A stretch of 64,000 bases of DNA, from contig JBEKTQ010000007.1 of the NCBI GenBank assembly GCA_049515895.1, positions 110,819-174,818 on the forward strand. Reading direction: 5' to 3'. The notes beneath the pieces were generated by a model. It searched no databases, had not been told where the DNA came from, and worked only from the letters and a program-made list of their open reading frames with translations. Positions within the stretch are counted from its first letter, which is position 1; each line of letters begins with the position of its first letter. This document shows positions 1-9,291 of the stretch, in pieces. Both the position numbers and the translations under genes were made by a program. The DNA comes from Candidatus Bathyarchaeia archaeon (GTDB lineage: Archaea; Thermoproteota; Bathyarchaeia; Bathyarchaeales; Bathycorpusculaceae).

Positions 1-149
1 ATTCGCCAGGCGTAGGCGCTCAAGGTGGCTCTGCGGAAACAGCCCTTAAAGCAGGTGCTAATTACCTCATTATCGGAAGAGAAATTACTCTTGCAGCTGA
101 CCCTGCCAAAGTGGCAAGCGAAATATTGGATTCAATAAAAATGGTATAA
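1..149 (+). CDS. pyrF: orotidine-5'-phosphate decarboxylase, C-terminal part (truncated by window)
   Basis: Frame 3 reads SPGVGAQGGSAETALKAGANYLIIGREIT...KMV*; PGVGAQGG and IIGR are typical OMPDC C-terminal motifs. Confidence 0.85.
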   Translation, partial: SPGVGAQGGSAETALKAGANYLIIGREITLAADPAKVASEILDSIKMV

Positions 150-154
150 GTGGC

Positions 155-310
155 TTATCTTCCGCGTTTGTTCTCCCAAAGCTCTTTCTTAAGCAGGTCA
201 CGTACAGCTGACCTGATAACGCTGCTTCTGCTCGGGTACATGTTCGCTCGGACTAGTTCATCTAAGCCTTCCAGATATGCTTCTGGCAACAAGACTGTTA
301 CAAGTTTCAC
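155..310 (-). CDS. small ribbon-helix-helix DNA-binding protein (CopG/Arc/MetJ, CdrS-like)
   Basis: GTG start at 310 with GGAGG upstream; KLVTVLLPEAYLEGLDELVRANMYPSRSSVIRSAVRDLL is a typical RHH pattern. Confidence 0.8.
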   Translation of the reverse strand: MKLVTVLLPEAYLEGLDELVRANMYPSRSSVIRSAVRDLLKKELWENKRGR

Positions 311-504
311 TTCTGTTTTTCCTCCCTCAATATATATTATGCCTATAACATGCTCCAAATATAAGAGCTTAACCAGCAACCACTAACTACTCAACAACCC
401 TTTGATGCAAAATAGATTCCTCTTATTCGTTTTTCGCACCAGCAACAACCATTTTCTTATGATTTGATTCCCACTCCCAAAAATGAGGTGACTCCGAATG
501 CGTC

Positions 505-1347
505 TTAAAGATTCCTAAGTTGGTCCAGCGTTCCAAGATAAGTGCCGTCCAACAAGTAAAGCTCAGAGTTATCCACATCCACAGCTTCAGAACGTAATAC
601 GGGTCCAATCAAGGCTCTGCTGCCGATTTCTTTTCTGGGTTTAGTTTCATTTACGGGTCTGCCGCCCAAGAAATCGTTAAAGCTGGGCATTATGAAAATT
701 TCCTTTGCTTTGAGCTTTGCGTTATAATGTTTCCACAGCGTTTCAGCAACTGTGCCTTCGATTTTCACATGATGCTTTTGCAGCAGAATCTTCGCTAGGG
801 CTTCAGTATTGCAGCTTGCCCTCATCCAGGCTTGCCTTATGATTTTGAAGCCTGCTGGGTCGCGGAAGACAACGACCGGGTGCAAGTGCCCCATCACCAA
901 CGTTTTGCAGCCAAGCAACGCAGGCGAAGGCCATTTGTGCCCATGAAAAACGCCGACGTCGCCGATTGCAATACCTGTGGAAGGCAGAAGCCTGATGTTC
1001 TCTGGCAGAAGCGGCTCGATGTTAGCGTCGTGGTTTCCGCGGACAACTGCTATTTCGCTGACGATGCTTTGCAGTTTAGTAAAGAAGTCGGGTACATCAT
1101 GCCGCTCGCCTAGTTCGCTTGAAATAACTGTGTACTTCACGTCTCCGACAATTACCAACTGTTGCGGCTCGTATTTGCTGAGGATCGCCGTTAGCTTGTT
1201 GAGAATCTTGGGCGTCTGGCTTGGAATATGGATACCTTTTTGTTGAAGCTCCATCTCCCACCCGATGTGCGGGTCAGCGATAAGCAGAGTTTTTGTCTTT
1301 TCTGTTTTCACCATTGCTGCAGGGTTAGGCCAAAGTAGACTTAACAT
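505..1347 (-). CDS. calcineurin-like metallophosphoesterase
   Basis: DPH, GD, GNHD, HGH, GHLHP motifs. Confidence 0.85.
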   Translation of the reverse strand: MLSLLWPNPAAMVKTEKTKTLLIADPHIGWEMELQQKGIHIPSQTPKILNKLTAILSKYEPQQLVIVGDVKYTVISSELGERHDVPDFFTKLQSIVSEIAVVRGNHDANIEPLLPENIRLLPSTGIAIGDVGVFHGHKWPSPALLGCKTLVMGHLHPVVVFRDPAGFKIIRQAWMRASCNTEALAKILLQKHHVKIEGTVAETLWKHYNAKLKAKEIFIMPSFNDFLGGRPVNETKPRKEIGSRALIGPVLRSEAVDVDNSELYLLDGTYLGTLDQLRNL

Positions 1348-2177
1348 TACGGTTTAACCAGGCTTAAGATTTTTTCGTGGATTCTCTTGTTGCCCGAAGC
1401 TATGAAACTCAAAGTTCGCTTAGGGTCCAATTCAGCATTCAATGGTTGATTATCGGGAGTTGTTATTGTTCCGCCGGCCTCCTTAATGATGAGAAAGCTC
1501 GCCGCGACATCGGTGGTTCTGAGTTTTCCCCGCAGGTCGACAAACGCGTCTGTCGAACCGTCGGCCACGTAACAGAGCTCCAAAGCGTTGGCACCAAAAT
1601 GGCGGATATGCTTAGTTTTTCCAATAAGCTCGGTTACTTTTGGCGCGACATCTTTAACTTTGTAAGTATTAAGATCTAACCCTATCAATGCATCATCCAA
1701 CGAATCCGTTTTTGATGGCTCTATTTTTTTCCCTTCGCGGAATGCACCTTCGCCCAAAAAAGCGGTGTAAGTTACGTCATGGAAGAGATCTGCGACCAAC
1801 CCAGCTTGGACCTCCGCAAGCCAAGCCTTATCGGAAACCGCAATGGAGCAAGCGTAGAATGGCAAACCATGCATGAAATTGGTGCTTCCATCAATCGGGT
1901 CAACAGTAACATGGCACTTTTCAGCTGAGGAGCCGAACTCTCGCACCCCTGACTCTTCACTGATTAGCTTGAACGAAATGTTGTGTTGGTTTAAGGTGTC
2001 AATGATTGCTTTTTCAGCAGCCAAATCCATCGGCTTCACCGCGTCGCCGCCTGCGCCCACACCCAGGTTAGGCTGCGTTTCTTTGATGGTTTTGAAGCAC
2101 GGCGCAATGTTTTTTTGCACGTTGTTTTTGCATTCGAGAAGGATTTTTTGCCAGTTTGTTTGTTTCTGCATTTTCAT
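1347..2177 (-). CDS. suhB: bifunctional fructose-1,6-bisphosphatase/inositol monophosphatase
   Basis: SEESG, DPIDGSTNF and DVAAS inositol-monophosphatase family motifs. Confidence 0.85.
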   Translation of the reverse strand: MKMQKQTNWQKILLECKNNVQKNIAPCFKTIKETQPNLGVGAGGDAVKPMDLAAEKAIIDTLNQHNISFKLISEESGVREFGSSAEKCHVTVDPIDGSTNFMHGLPFYACSIAVSDKAWLAEVQAGLVADLFHDVTYTAFLGEGAFREGKKIEPSKTDSLDDALIGLDLNTYKVKDVAPKVTELIGKTKHIRHFGANALELCYVADGSTDAFVDLRGKLRTTDVAASFLIIKEAGGTITTPDNQPLNAELDPKRTLSFIASGNKRIHEKILSLVKP

Positions 2178-2295
2178 TGATGGGTCTTCCTGATTGTTGT
2201 TAATAGATGGAACGAATTGATAAAGACTATACCCTACATTTCAACGGCTAAAAGTCGGAAGCAGCCGGTTAAACAGTAGTCTGAATCCGAAATGC

Positions 2296-2303
2296 TTATA
2301 TTT
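2296..2303 (+). promoter_or_regulatory. putative TATA box of the aro leader/operon
   Basis: TTATATTT preceded by purine-rich BRE-like GAAATG, about 40 nt upstream of the leader ATG. Confidence 0.45.
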
Positions 2304-2341
2304 TCTGTTTTATGACTCATTGAGCAAGGTTCGAAGCTTCA

Positions 2342-2425
2342 ATGTCAAATAACGTGTTGAAAAAAGAAAACGTTGCCTCATGGTTCCAGAGCTTCGACTA
2401 CTTTTATTATAGTTATTTTCCTTAA
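2342..2425 (+). CDS. putative aromatic amino acid leader peptide MSNNVLKKENVASWFQSFDYFYYSYFP
   Basis: 27-aa ORF; 9 of the last 14 codons are Trp/Phe/Tyr; directly upstream of aro operon. Confidence 0.8.
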   Translation: MSNNVLKKENVASWFQSFDYFYYSYFP

Positions 2426-2463
2426 GCCCAGAACTGGAAATTTTTTTTAGTAAAGTTCTGGGC
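2426..2463 (+). promoter_or_regulatory. putative attenuator hairpin with U8 tract in loop
   Basis: GCCCAGAACT (2426-2435) / AGTTCTGGGC (2454-2463) perfect inverted repeat starting at the base after the leader stop; T8 at 2441-2448. Confidence 0.7.
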
Positions 2464-2481
2464 ACAGCATGGGTGTAGCAC

Positions 2482-3729
2482 ATGGAAAAAACTGGTCCAA
2501 ACAGAACAATTGTCGTTAAATTTGGTGGTTCTAGCCTAGCGGATCACGAGAGGCTTTTAAAAGCGGTGGTTGCCGTGGTTGATGAAGCCAAGAAGGGCAC
2601 ACGGGTCGCTGTCGTGGTATCGGCTATGGGTAAAACGACAGACGTTCTTATGACGACTGCGAAGAACGCTTCCAACGGGAAGCTGGAGAAGAAAGACCTT
2701 GACGACATCCTGTCGATGGGTGAGCGGACCAGCATCAGAATCTTCTCCACAGCGCTTAGAACCAATGGAGCAGAGTCCTGCTACTTTGACCCGATCGACA
2801 GCAACTGGCCAATAATAACTGATTCAGCCTTCCAAAACGCTAACCCGATCCTCAAGGACTGCGAAAGAAACATCCGAGAATGTGTTCTGCCACTAGTGGA
2901 AAAAGGCACTATTCCCGTCGTGGCAGGTTTCTTGGGCAAAACCAAGGACGGGAAAATCACAACTCTGGGCAGAGGTGGAAGCGACACAACCGCGTTTGTC
3001 CTAGCCGAAGCGCTTGGAGCGGACGAAATTATCTTGGTGACTGACGCAGACGGCATAATGTCAGCAGACCCAAAAATGCTCTCCAACGTCGAGCGCCTCA
3101 AAGAAATCGACGTAAACACGCTGGTGGGACTCGCCGATTCTGGAGCTAAATTCATTCACAGCAAAGCACTAAAGTACAAACCCAAAAACATTAACGTCCG
3201 CGTCATCAACCATTCCCGCGGCAGCCTGTCGGAAGAAGGCACCTTAATCACAGGTGGATTGGCCACGGAACTTGACGCTGAAATCGCGCATCCTTTCCCA
3301 GTTGCCGAAATCACCGTGATAGGAAACGGCATCTCGGCTAACCCGCAAATCATTCAGGAAATGGTTGAGGAAGCCAAGAGGCACTCGCGTCTCTTGGGCA
3401 TGTCAATGAACACAAACTCCGTAATCATTTATGTTTCAGAAGAGAAGAACTTGGAAGGGCTCTTCAACGACGTCCACAACATAACAAAGAGCAACAAGGA
3501 AACCATCGCAATGGCCGTCAAAAAAGACCTTGTTTTCATAAAAACAAGCGGCGTCGGCTTAGAAGAGACCCACGGGATCATCGGAAAGATCAGCGAAGAC
3601 CTGCGGCTCAGCGGCATAAACATTTCAGGCATACTAACAATAACATCAAGCATTCTTCTCTTTCTCGATTGGAACGAACGGGAAAAAGCCCTCAAACTAA
3701 TTAAAAACTCTTTAAGGAGCGCTAAGTAA
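2482..3729 (+). CDS. ask: aspartate kinase (aro-operon isozyme)
   Basis: KFGGSS, VVSAMG, LGRGGSDTTA motifs; C-terminal ACT-like region. Confidence 0.9.
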   Translation: MEKTGPNRTIVVKFGGSSLADHERLLKAVVAVVDEAKKGTRVAVVVSAMGKTTDVLMTTAKNASNGKLEKKDLDDILSMGERTSIRIFSTALRTNGAESCYFDPIDSNWPIITDSAFQNANPILKDCERNIRECVLPLVEKGTIPVVAGFLGKTKDGKITTLGRGGSDTTAFVLAEALGADEIILVTDADGIMSADPKMLSNVERLKEIDVNTLVGLADSGAKFIHSKALKYKPKNINVRVINHSRGSLSEEGTLITGGLATELDAEIAHPFPVAEITVIGNGISANPQIIQEMVEEAKRHSRLLGMSMNTNSVIIYVSEEKNLEGLFNDVHNITKSNKETIAMAVKKDLVFIKTSGVGLEETHGIIGKISEDLRLSGINISGILTITSSILLFLDWNEREKALKLIKNSLRSAK

Positions 3730-3738
3730 GGTGAAAAT

Positions 3739-4530
3739 ATGAACCAAGGAAAAACCCGAAGACTAAAAAGAATAATGCAGCAAGACAACCGCACAGTAAT
3801 TGTTCCCATGGACCACGGCGTAACAGTCGGACCCATCCAGGGCTTAACCAACATGCAACAAATAATCGACCAGCTTGTCAAAGGCGGGGTTGATGCCGTG
3901 CTTGTCCACAAAGGCATCGCTAAACACACTGACGCTGGAAATGTAGGATTAATCGTAATGCTGTCTGGTATGTCAAACCTCAGCCCAAACGTAAACGGCA
4001 AAGTCCAAGTCTGCAGCGTCAAAGAAGCTATACGTTTAGGGGCAGATGCGGTTTCAGTACATGTTAACATCGGCGCGCAAGACGAGGATAAAATGATTCA
4101 AAATCTTGGTAGCGTAGCTGACGAATGTGACGTTTACGGGATGCCATTGCTTGCGATGATGTATCCACGGGGACCCAAAATACAGAATGAACATGCAGCC
4201 GACGTGGTTGCTCACGCCGCACGCATAGGTGCTGAACTTGGTGCGGACATTATCAAAGCAAACTTCACAGGAAACATAGAAACCTTCAAAACCGTAGTAG
4301 AAAGCTGCCCCGTTCCGCTGGTGATCGCAGGAGGACCAAAATGCAAAACCTCCGAGGAAGTTCTGCAAACCACACGCGACGCCATTTCAGCCGGAGCAGC
4401 AGGGCTTTCCATCGGGCGCAACGTTTTCCAGCACGAAAATCCAACATTAATTGTTAAAGCGCTTTCAGCTATCGTTCATGGCAACGTAAGCGTGGAAGAA
4501 GCGCTGAAAATCGTCGGTGAAAAAGCTTGA
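3739..4530 (+). CDS. 2-amino-3,7-dideoxy-D-threo-hept-6-ulosonate synthase (class I aldolase, aroA')
   Basis: PMDHG, MMYPRG, ELGADIIK, AGG, GRNVFQ motifs; first gene before DHQ synthase II. Confidence 0.9.
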   Translation: MNQGKTRRLKRIMQQDNRTVIVPMDHGVTVGPIQGLTNMQQIIDQLVKGGVDAVLVHKGIAKHTDAGNVGLIVMLSGMSNLSPNVNGKVQVCSVKEAIRLGADAVSVHVNIGAQDEDKMIQNLGSVADECDVYGMPLLAMMYPRGPKIQNEHAADVVAHAARIGAELGADIIKANFTGNIETFKTVVESCPVPLVIAGGPKCKTSEEVLQTTRDAISAGAAGLSIGRNVFQHENPTLIVKALSAIVHGNVSVEEALKIVGEKA

Positions 4531-5570
4531 AGGAACTGTGGGTAGAAATTGAACCTGCGGCTTCACCGCAAGAAAAAGAAAACTTGCTTGGCACCGCATA
4601 TGAAAATGCAGATGTGGTCCTAGAAGGTACCCAAGCGAGCACCCGTAACGGCAAACTTGACGTGACATTTCTCGCCGAGCTTTCCGAGAAGAAGATTTCC
4701 CAAGCCAAAAATGAAGGCAGAAAAACCGCGGCCAAATTCAACATAACTGGGAAAGAAGACGAAAACCGCGCTGCTAAAGCGGCTGAACTGGGGGTTGATT
4801 ATATAATCATCAACACGTTGGACTGGAGGGTCATTCCTCTGGAGAACTTAATTGCGAAGGCGCATGGAGGCAAAAGCAAGCTTATCGCTGAAGTTGCGAC
4901 GGCACAGGACGCCAAAGTGGTTCTTGAGGCGTTGGAGCTGGGAACAGACGGTGTTCTGCTTAAAACTTCAAACCCAAATGAGCTTGCCAAAACTGTGAAG
5001 CTCGTCAAAGGGCAAATGCCTAAGGTAGCGTTGACAATAGCTAAGGTTCTGTCTATACAGCCCATCGGTACAGGAGCAAGGGTTTGCGTTGACACTGTTG
5101 ATTTGATGGTTCCAGGCGAAGGAATGCTTGTCGGCTGCCAATCTGCAGGGTTCTTTTTGGTCGAGGCTGAGGTGAACGAGAACCCATATGTGCAATCTCG
5201 ACCTTTCCGAGTAAACGCTGGACCAGCATCACACTACACTTTAACGTCGCTTCAGAGTACTCGGTACCTCTCCGAACTGAAGGCTGGAGACGAAGTCTTA
5301 ATCATAAACAGGGAAGGAAAAGTAAGAATAACGAACGTAGGAAGATCAAAAATCGAGTTCCGACCGCTCATCTTAATTGAGGCGCAAGCGGACGAAACAA
5401 AAATCAAAGCAATACTGCAAAACGCAGAAACCATCCGTCTCGTCACGCCAAAAGCCTCCAAACCCGTGACGGAACTCAAAGTAAGCGACGAGGTCTTGGT
5501 GCATTTGGCTGCAAAAGGGGGCAGGCACTTCGGCGTTTCCGTGCCTGAAGAAACGGTGATTGAAAGGTGA
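4527..5570 (+). CDS. 3-dehydroquinate synthase II (aroB')
   Basis: DWRVIPLENLIA, RVCVDT, RPFRVNAG, QNAETIRL motifs. Confidence 0.92.
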   Translation: MKELWVEIEPAASPQEKENLLGTAYENADVVLEGTQASTRNGKLDVTFLAELSEKKISQAKNEGRKTAAKFNITGKEDENRAAKAAELGVDYIIINTLDWRVIPLENLIAKAHGGKSKLIAEVATAQDAKVVLEALELGTDGVLLKTSNPNELAKTVKLVKGQMPKVALTIAKVLSIQPIGTGARVCVDTVDLMVPGEGMLVGCQSAGFFLVEAEVNENPYVQSRPFRVNAGPASHYTLTSLQSTRYLSELKAGDEVLIINREGKVRITNVGRSKIEFRPLILIEAQADETKIKAILQNAETIRLVTPKASKPVTELKVSDEVLVHLAAKGGRHFGVSVPEETVIER

Positions 5571-6250
5571 CTTTGAGAATCTGCGTTTCAATCCTACCAG
5601 AAAATAGTCTTCAAGCCCTAACGCTCATCAGGAAGGCGGAAAAAGCCAAAGCAGACCTCATCGAAGTCAGGTTGGATCGTCTTGAAACGACCACACACTT
5701 GAGGGAACTTGTCCAGAGCACAAAAATCCCCCTAATAGCAACGCACAAACTGACGAGCGAAAAAGGTTTTTTCTCCGGGACAGAGGCCCAAAGGCAACAG
5801 AGCCTTCTGAACGCAGCCGAAAGTGGTTTCGAATACGTTGACGTTGACGTGTCAAGCCCAAACCGCCAAGAAACAATCGATAAACTCAAACAGTTGGGAG
5901 TTAAACCAATCGTTTCCCACCACAAATTCGATGGCACATTAAGCCGTTCCGCTATGGAGAAGGTTCTGGAGCAGGAAATCTTGTGCGGCGCCTGCATATG
6001 CAAAATCGTTGCAACCGCCAAGAAAATCGAGGATAACCTGACGGTACTCAATTTTGTCGCTTCCCATTCAAGTAAGGCTAAACTTGTCTGTTTCTGCATG
6101 GGCGAAGTAGGTAAAGTTTCAAGGATTCTTTCACCGATGTTCGGCGCCTTCTTCACTTTTGCTTCGCTTGAACAGGGCAGCGAAACCGCGAAAGGGCAAA
6201 TCTCCATAGGCGAAATGAAGGCTGCTTTCGACCTCCTAGGAGCGCCTTAA
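5567..6250 (+). CDS. aroD: type I 3-dehydroquinate dehydratase
   Basis: EVRLD, SHH, KIVAT, FCMG..G..SR motifs; operon context. Confidence 0.9.
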   Translation: MTLRICVSILPENSLQALTLIRKAEKAKADLIEVRLDRLETTTHLRELVQSTKIPLIATHKLTSEKGFFSGTEAQRQQSLLNAAESGFEYVDVDVSSPNRQETIDKLKQLGVKPIVSHHKFDGTLSRSAMEKVLEQEILCGACICKIVATAKKIEDNLTVLNFVASHSSKAKLVCFCMGEVGKVSRILSPMFGAFFTFASLEQGSETAKGQISIGEMKAAFDLLGAP

Positions 6251-6251
6251 G

Positions 6252-7118
6252 ATGGCGGTTTCAGGAAAAACTAAAGTTTTCGGAGTAATCGGCGACCCTG
6301 TAGAGCACAGTCTAAGCCCGGTCATTCAGAACGCGGCGCTTGCAGCCTCGAAATTAGACTGCACATTCTTAGCCTTTAAAGTAAAATCCACAGCGGTCGG
6401 GAAAGCAATGGACGGTATGCGAGCGTTTGGCATTCAAGGGCTTAACGTTACAATGCCCCATAAAACCGCGGTTCTCAACTTTCTTGACGAAGTTCACCAG
6501 ACCGCCAGGGCGCTAAAGGCAGTTAACACGGTAAAGAACGAGAGCGACAAACTCTTAGGCTTCAACACTGACGGCACCGGTGCAATGTCTGCTTTGAGAG
6601 AAAACGGCGTTGAGCCAAAAGGCAAAAAAGTAATGTTGCTTGGAGCAGGTGGTGCTGCAAGAGCTATAGCCTTCGTTCTCGCGGATCAGGTGGATGAGCT
6701 TTCAATTTTGAATCGGACAATTCAGCCAGCCGCGGAGTTAGCAGATTTAATAAAGGAAAGGTTCAACAGCAAAGTTGTTGCGTACGCTCTTTCCCCGTTA
6801 ACGCTTAAGGCAAATCTAGCTGATGCTGACCTGCTGATTAACGCCACTTCAATCGGAATGAAATCGAACGCCAATAAAACCCTGATAGTCCCAAAATGGC
6901 TCAAGCCTGACTTGGCTGTGATGGACATAGTGTATGACCCGATAGAGACTAAACTAGCGAAAAATGCGAGGGCTGCGGGCGCCAAAGTGGTCAGTGGGGT
7001 TGAAATGCTGATTTATCAGGGCGCTGCGTCGTTTGAAATCTGGACTGGCAGGAAGGCGCCAATTGAAGTTATGAGGAAAGCAGCGCTTAATCACTTGCAG
7101 AAGGTGCAGAAGAGTTGA
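6252..7118 (+). CDS. aroE: shikimate dehydrogenase
   Basis: HSLSP, NVTMPHK, NTDG, GAGGAARA, NATSIGM. Confidence 0.95.
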   Translation: MAVSGKTKVFGVIGDPVEHSLSPVIQNAALAASKLDCTFLAFKVKSTAVGKAMDGMRAFGIQGLNVTMPHKTAVLNFLDEVHQTARALKAVNTVKNESDKLLGFNTDGTGAMSALRENGVEPKGKKVMLLGAGGAARAIAFVLADQVDELSILNRTIQPAAELADLIKERFNSKVVAYALSPLTLKANLADADLLINATSIGMKSNANKTLIVPKWLKPDLAVMDIVYDPIETKLAKNARAAGAKVVSGVEMLIYQGAASFEIWTGRKAPIEVMRKAALNHLQKVQKS

Positions 7119-7984
7119 CGGGGCAAGCTTCAGCTGTAGCACATGGCGCGGCGACGATTGTTAATGCAATGGCGCTCGGCAAAGGCGCCGCTTTCGGAGT
7201 TGACTTGTTCACGAAAGCGAAAGTGGAATTGACTGAAGAGCCAACAGTTGTCAAGGCAGAGATAGCTTCTGACCCGAAAGAAAGCAACGTTCTGGTGAAG
7301 AAAACCGTTGAGCGGGTTCTCCAGCGTTTCAAGATGGAAAAGAGATTCGGCGCTAAAGTTAAAACTTGGTCAAACATCCCCATCGCCAAAGGGCTCAAAA
7401 GTAGCAGTGCAGCAGCAAACGCGGTCGCCCTGGCAACCACGGCGGCGCTGGGGAAAACGCTGGATGACTTGGAAATTATCAACTTAGGTGTAGACTCCGC
7501 TTTCGACGCGAAAGTGACGGTTACTGGCGCTTTTGACGATGCATGCGCATCATATTTAGGCGGGATAATTGTCACTGATAACTTAGAACGGAAAATCGTG
7601 GGGCGGTTGGCGCTACCCGAAGATCTAGTTGTGCTTTTTCTTGTTCCTCCCCAAAAAGCTTATTCTGCTGACTCAAACGTTGAAAGGCTGAGAACTGTGA
7701 AGCCGCTTGTTCAAGTTGCTTACGAGAAGGTTTTAGGGGGTAGGTTCTGGGAGGCTTTGACGCTTAATGGTTTAATTTACTCCTCTGTCTCTGGGTATGA
7801 TCCCTCGATCGCGATTGACGCGTTGGCGGCTGGAGCAGTGGCGGCTGGGCTTTGCGGTAAAGGACCGGCAGTTACGGCAGTCACAACTAAAGACAAGGTT
7901 GATTCGGTGAAGGCTGCATTTCAAAAATTCGACGGCATAGTCTTGCAAGCCCGCTTCAACAAGGAAAAGGCAACGGTGATTTAG
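7115..7984 (+). CDS. aroK: archaeal shikimate kinase (GHMP family)
   Basis: GAATIVNA, GLKSSSAA, TGAFDDA motifs. Confidence 0.92.
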   Translation: MTGQASAVAHGAATIVNAMALGKGAAFGVDLFTKAKVELTEEPTVVKAEIASDPKESNVLVKKTVERVLQRFKMEKRFGAKVKTWSNIPIAKGLKSSSAAANAVALATTAALGKTLDDLEIINLGVDSAFDAKVTVTGAFDDACASYLGGIIVTDNLERKIVGRLALPEDLVVLFLVPPQKAYSADSNVERLRTVKPLVQVAYEKVLGGRFWEALTLNGLIYSSVSGYDPSIAIDALAAGAVAAGLCGKGPAVTAVTTKDKVDSVKAAFQKFDGIVLQARFNKEKATVI

Positions 7985-7986
7985 CA

Positions 7987-9291
7987 ATGGCGGATGTAAT
8001 CGTTAAAAAGTCTGAAAAATTAAGCGGCGAAGTATGCGCTCCCCCTTCAAAATCTTACACTCAGCGAATGCTCATCGCAGCGTCTCTCTCAAACGGGACT
8101 GGAAAAGTTTCAAATCCGCTTCTTTCCGAAGATACAGAAGCCACTTTGCGCGCGATAACCGCATTAGGTGCAGAAACGAGTTTTGAGGAAAACTGCTGGG
8201 TCATTAAAGGCGCTGTGCCTATTCAAAACGCGAAAGCACCAATTGATTGCGGAGAATCCGGAGCTACAATACGTTTCATGATACCTGTGGCTGCCCTGGC
8301 AAGTGACCCCTCAATCCTGATCTTCCGTGGGTCTCTTGACCGCAGACCCATCGAACCTTTGATTAAAAGCCTAGACGACTTGGGCGCAAAGGTTCACTCG
8401 AAAAAATTCGGCGACAAAGACGCCGTGGTTGTTGAAGGCGGGGGAATTCTTGGAGGACAAACCTCTATTTCAGGTGGTGTAAGTTCGCAGTTTATTTCGG
8501 GGTTGCTTTTTGCGTGCCCGATGGCTAAGGTTGAAACTGAAATAGTCTTCGAATCCCCATTGGAGTCCGCTGACTATGTTAAGATGACTTTGGATGTGCT
8601 TTCGAAGCATGGAATCAGAGTGGACGTTTATGGCAATTTCGAACGCATCTTAATCCCAGCCAACCAAACCTTCAAAACCATTGACTGCCGGGTGCCTGGC
8701 GACTTTTCTTCAGCCGCATTTCTTTTTGCAGCCGCAGCTGTCACCAAGTCGAAAGTGCAGGTAAACGATCTTGATTACGGGAGCGTTCAAGGCGACAAAG
8801 CAATTCTGAGCATCCTAAAACAGATGGGTGTAGCCGGCAAAGTGTGTGAAAACAGCGTTGAAATAGACGGCACGGGTAGCTCGCTTGAGCCATTAAATCT
8901 TGATGCAAAAAACATCCCTGACCTTGTCCCGGTATGCGCAGCTTTGGCATGCTTCGCAAATGGGACCTCGAAAATAACAGGCGCGCAAAGGCTCAGGCTC
9001 AAGGAATCAGATAGGCTGCAATCCCTCTATAGTGAGTTCACAAAGATGGGGGCAGAAATTGAAGTAGATTCGAACAGTCTAACCGTGAGGGGCACCTCTG
9101 CTTTGCACGGCGCCACAATTGACCCTCATAACGACCATCGTATAGCGATGGCTTGCGCGATTGCAGCTCTATGCGCGGAAAACCAAACTATTATTCAAAA
9201 TGCCCAGTGTGTCAGAAAGTCTTATCCACAGTTCTTCACTCATCTGAAACAGTTAGGAGCGGAAATTGTTGGCGGGAAATTCGACGGGTAA
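7987..9291 (+). CDS. aroA: EPSP synthase
   Basis: PPSKSY, GESGAT, SSQFISG, KESDR, DHRIAM, KSYP. Confidence 0.95.
   Translation: MADVIVKKSEKLSGEVCAPPSKSYTQRMLIAASLSNGTGKVSNPLLSEDTEATLRAITALGAETSFEENCWVIKGAVPIQNAKAPIDCGESGATIRFMIPVAALASDPSILIFRGSLDRRPIEPLIKSLDDLGAKVHSKKFGDKDAVVVEGGGILGGQTSISGGVSSQFISGLLFACPMAKVETEIVFESPLESADYVKMTLDVLSKHGIRVDVYGNFERILIPANQTFKTIDCRVPGDFSSAAFLFAAAAVTKSKVQVNDLDYGSVQGDKAILSILKQMGVAGKVCENSVEIDGTGSSLEPLNLDAKNIPDLVPVCAALACFANGTSKITGAQRLRLKESDRLQSLYSEFTKMGAEIEVDSNSLTVRGTSALHGATIDPHNDHRIAMACAIAALCAENQTIIQNAQCVRKSYPQFFTHLKQLGAEIVGGKFDG

Noticed and set aside
423-608. 61-aa ORF downstream of the metallophosphoesterase
   Set aside because: Overlaps the phosphoesterase 3' end in another frame and has no recognisable motif
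2312-2320. ATGACTCAT, a perfect yeast Gcn4/AP-1 site, in the aro promoter (also a 3-codon ORF MTH*)
   Set aside because: No bZIP factors are known in archaea and the site is absent from the other amino-acid promoters here; treated as coincidence
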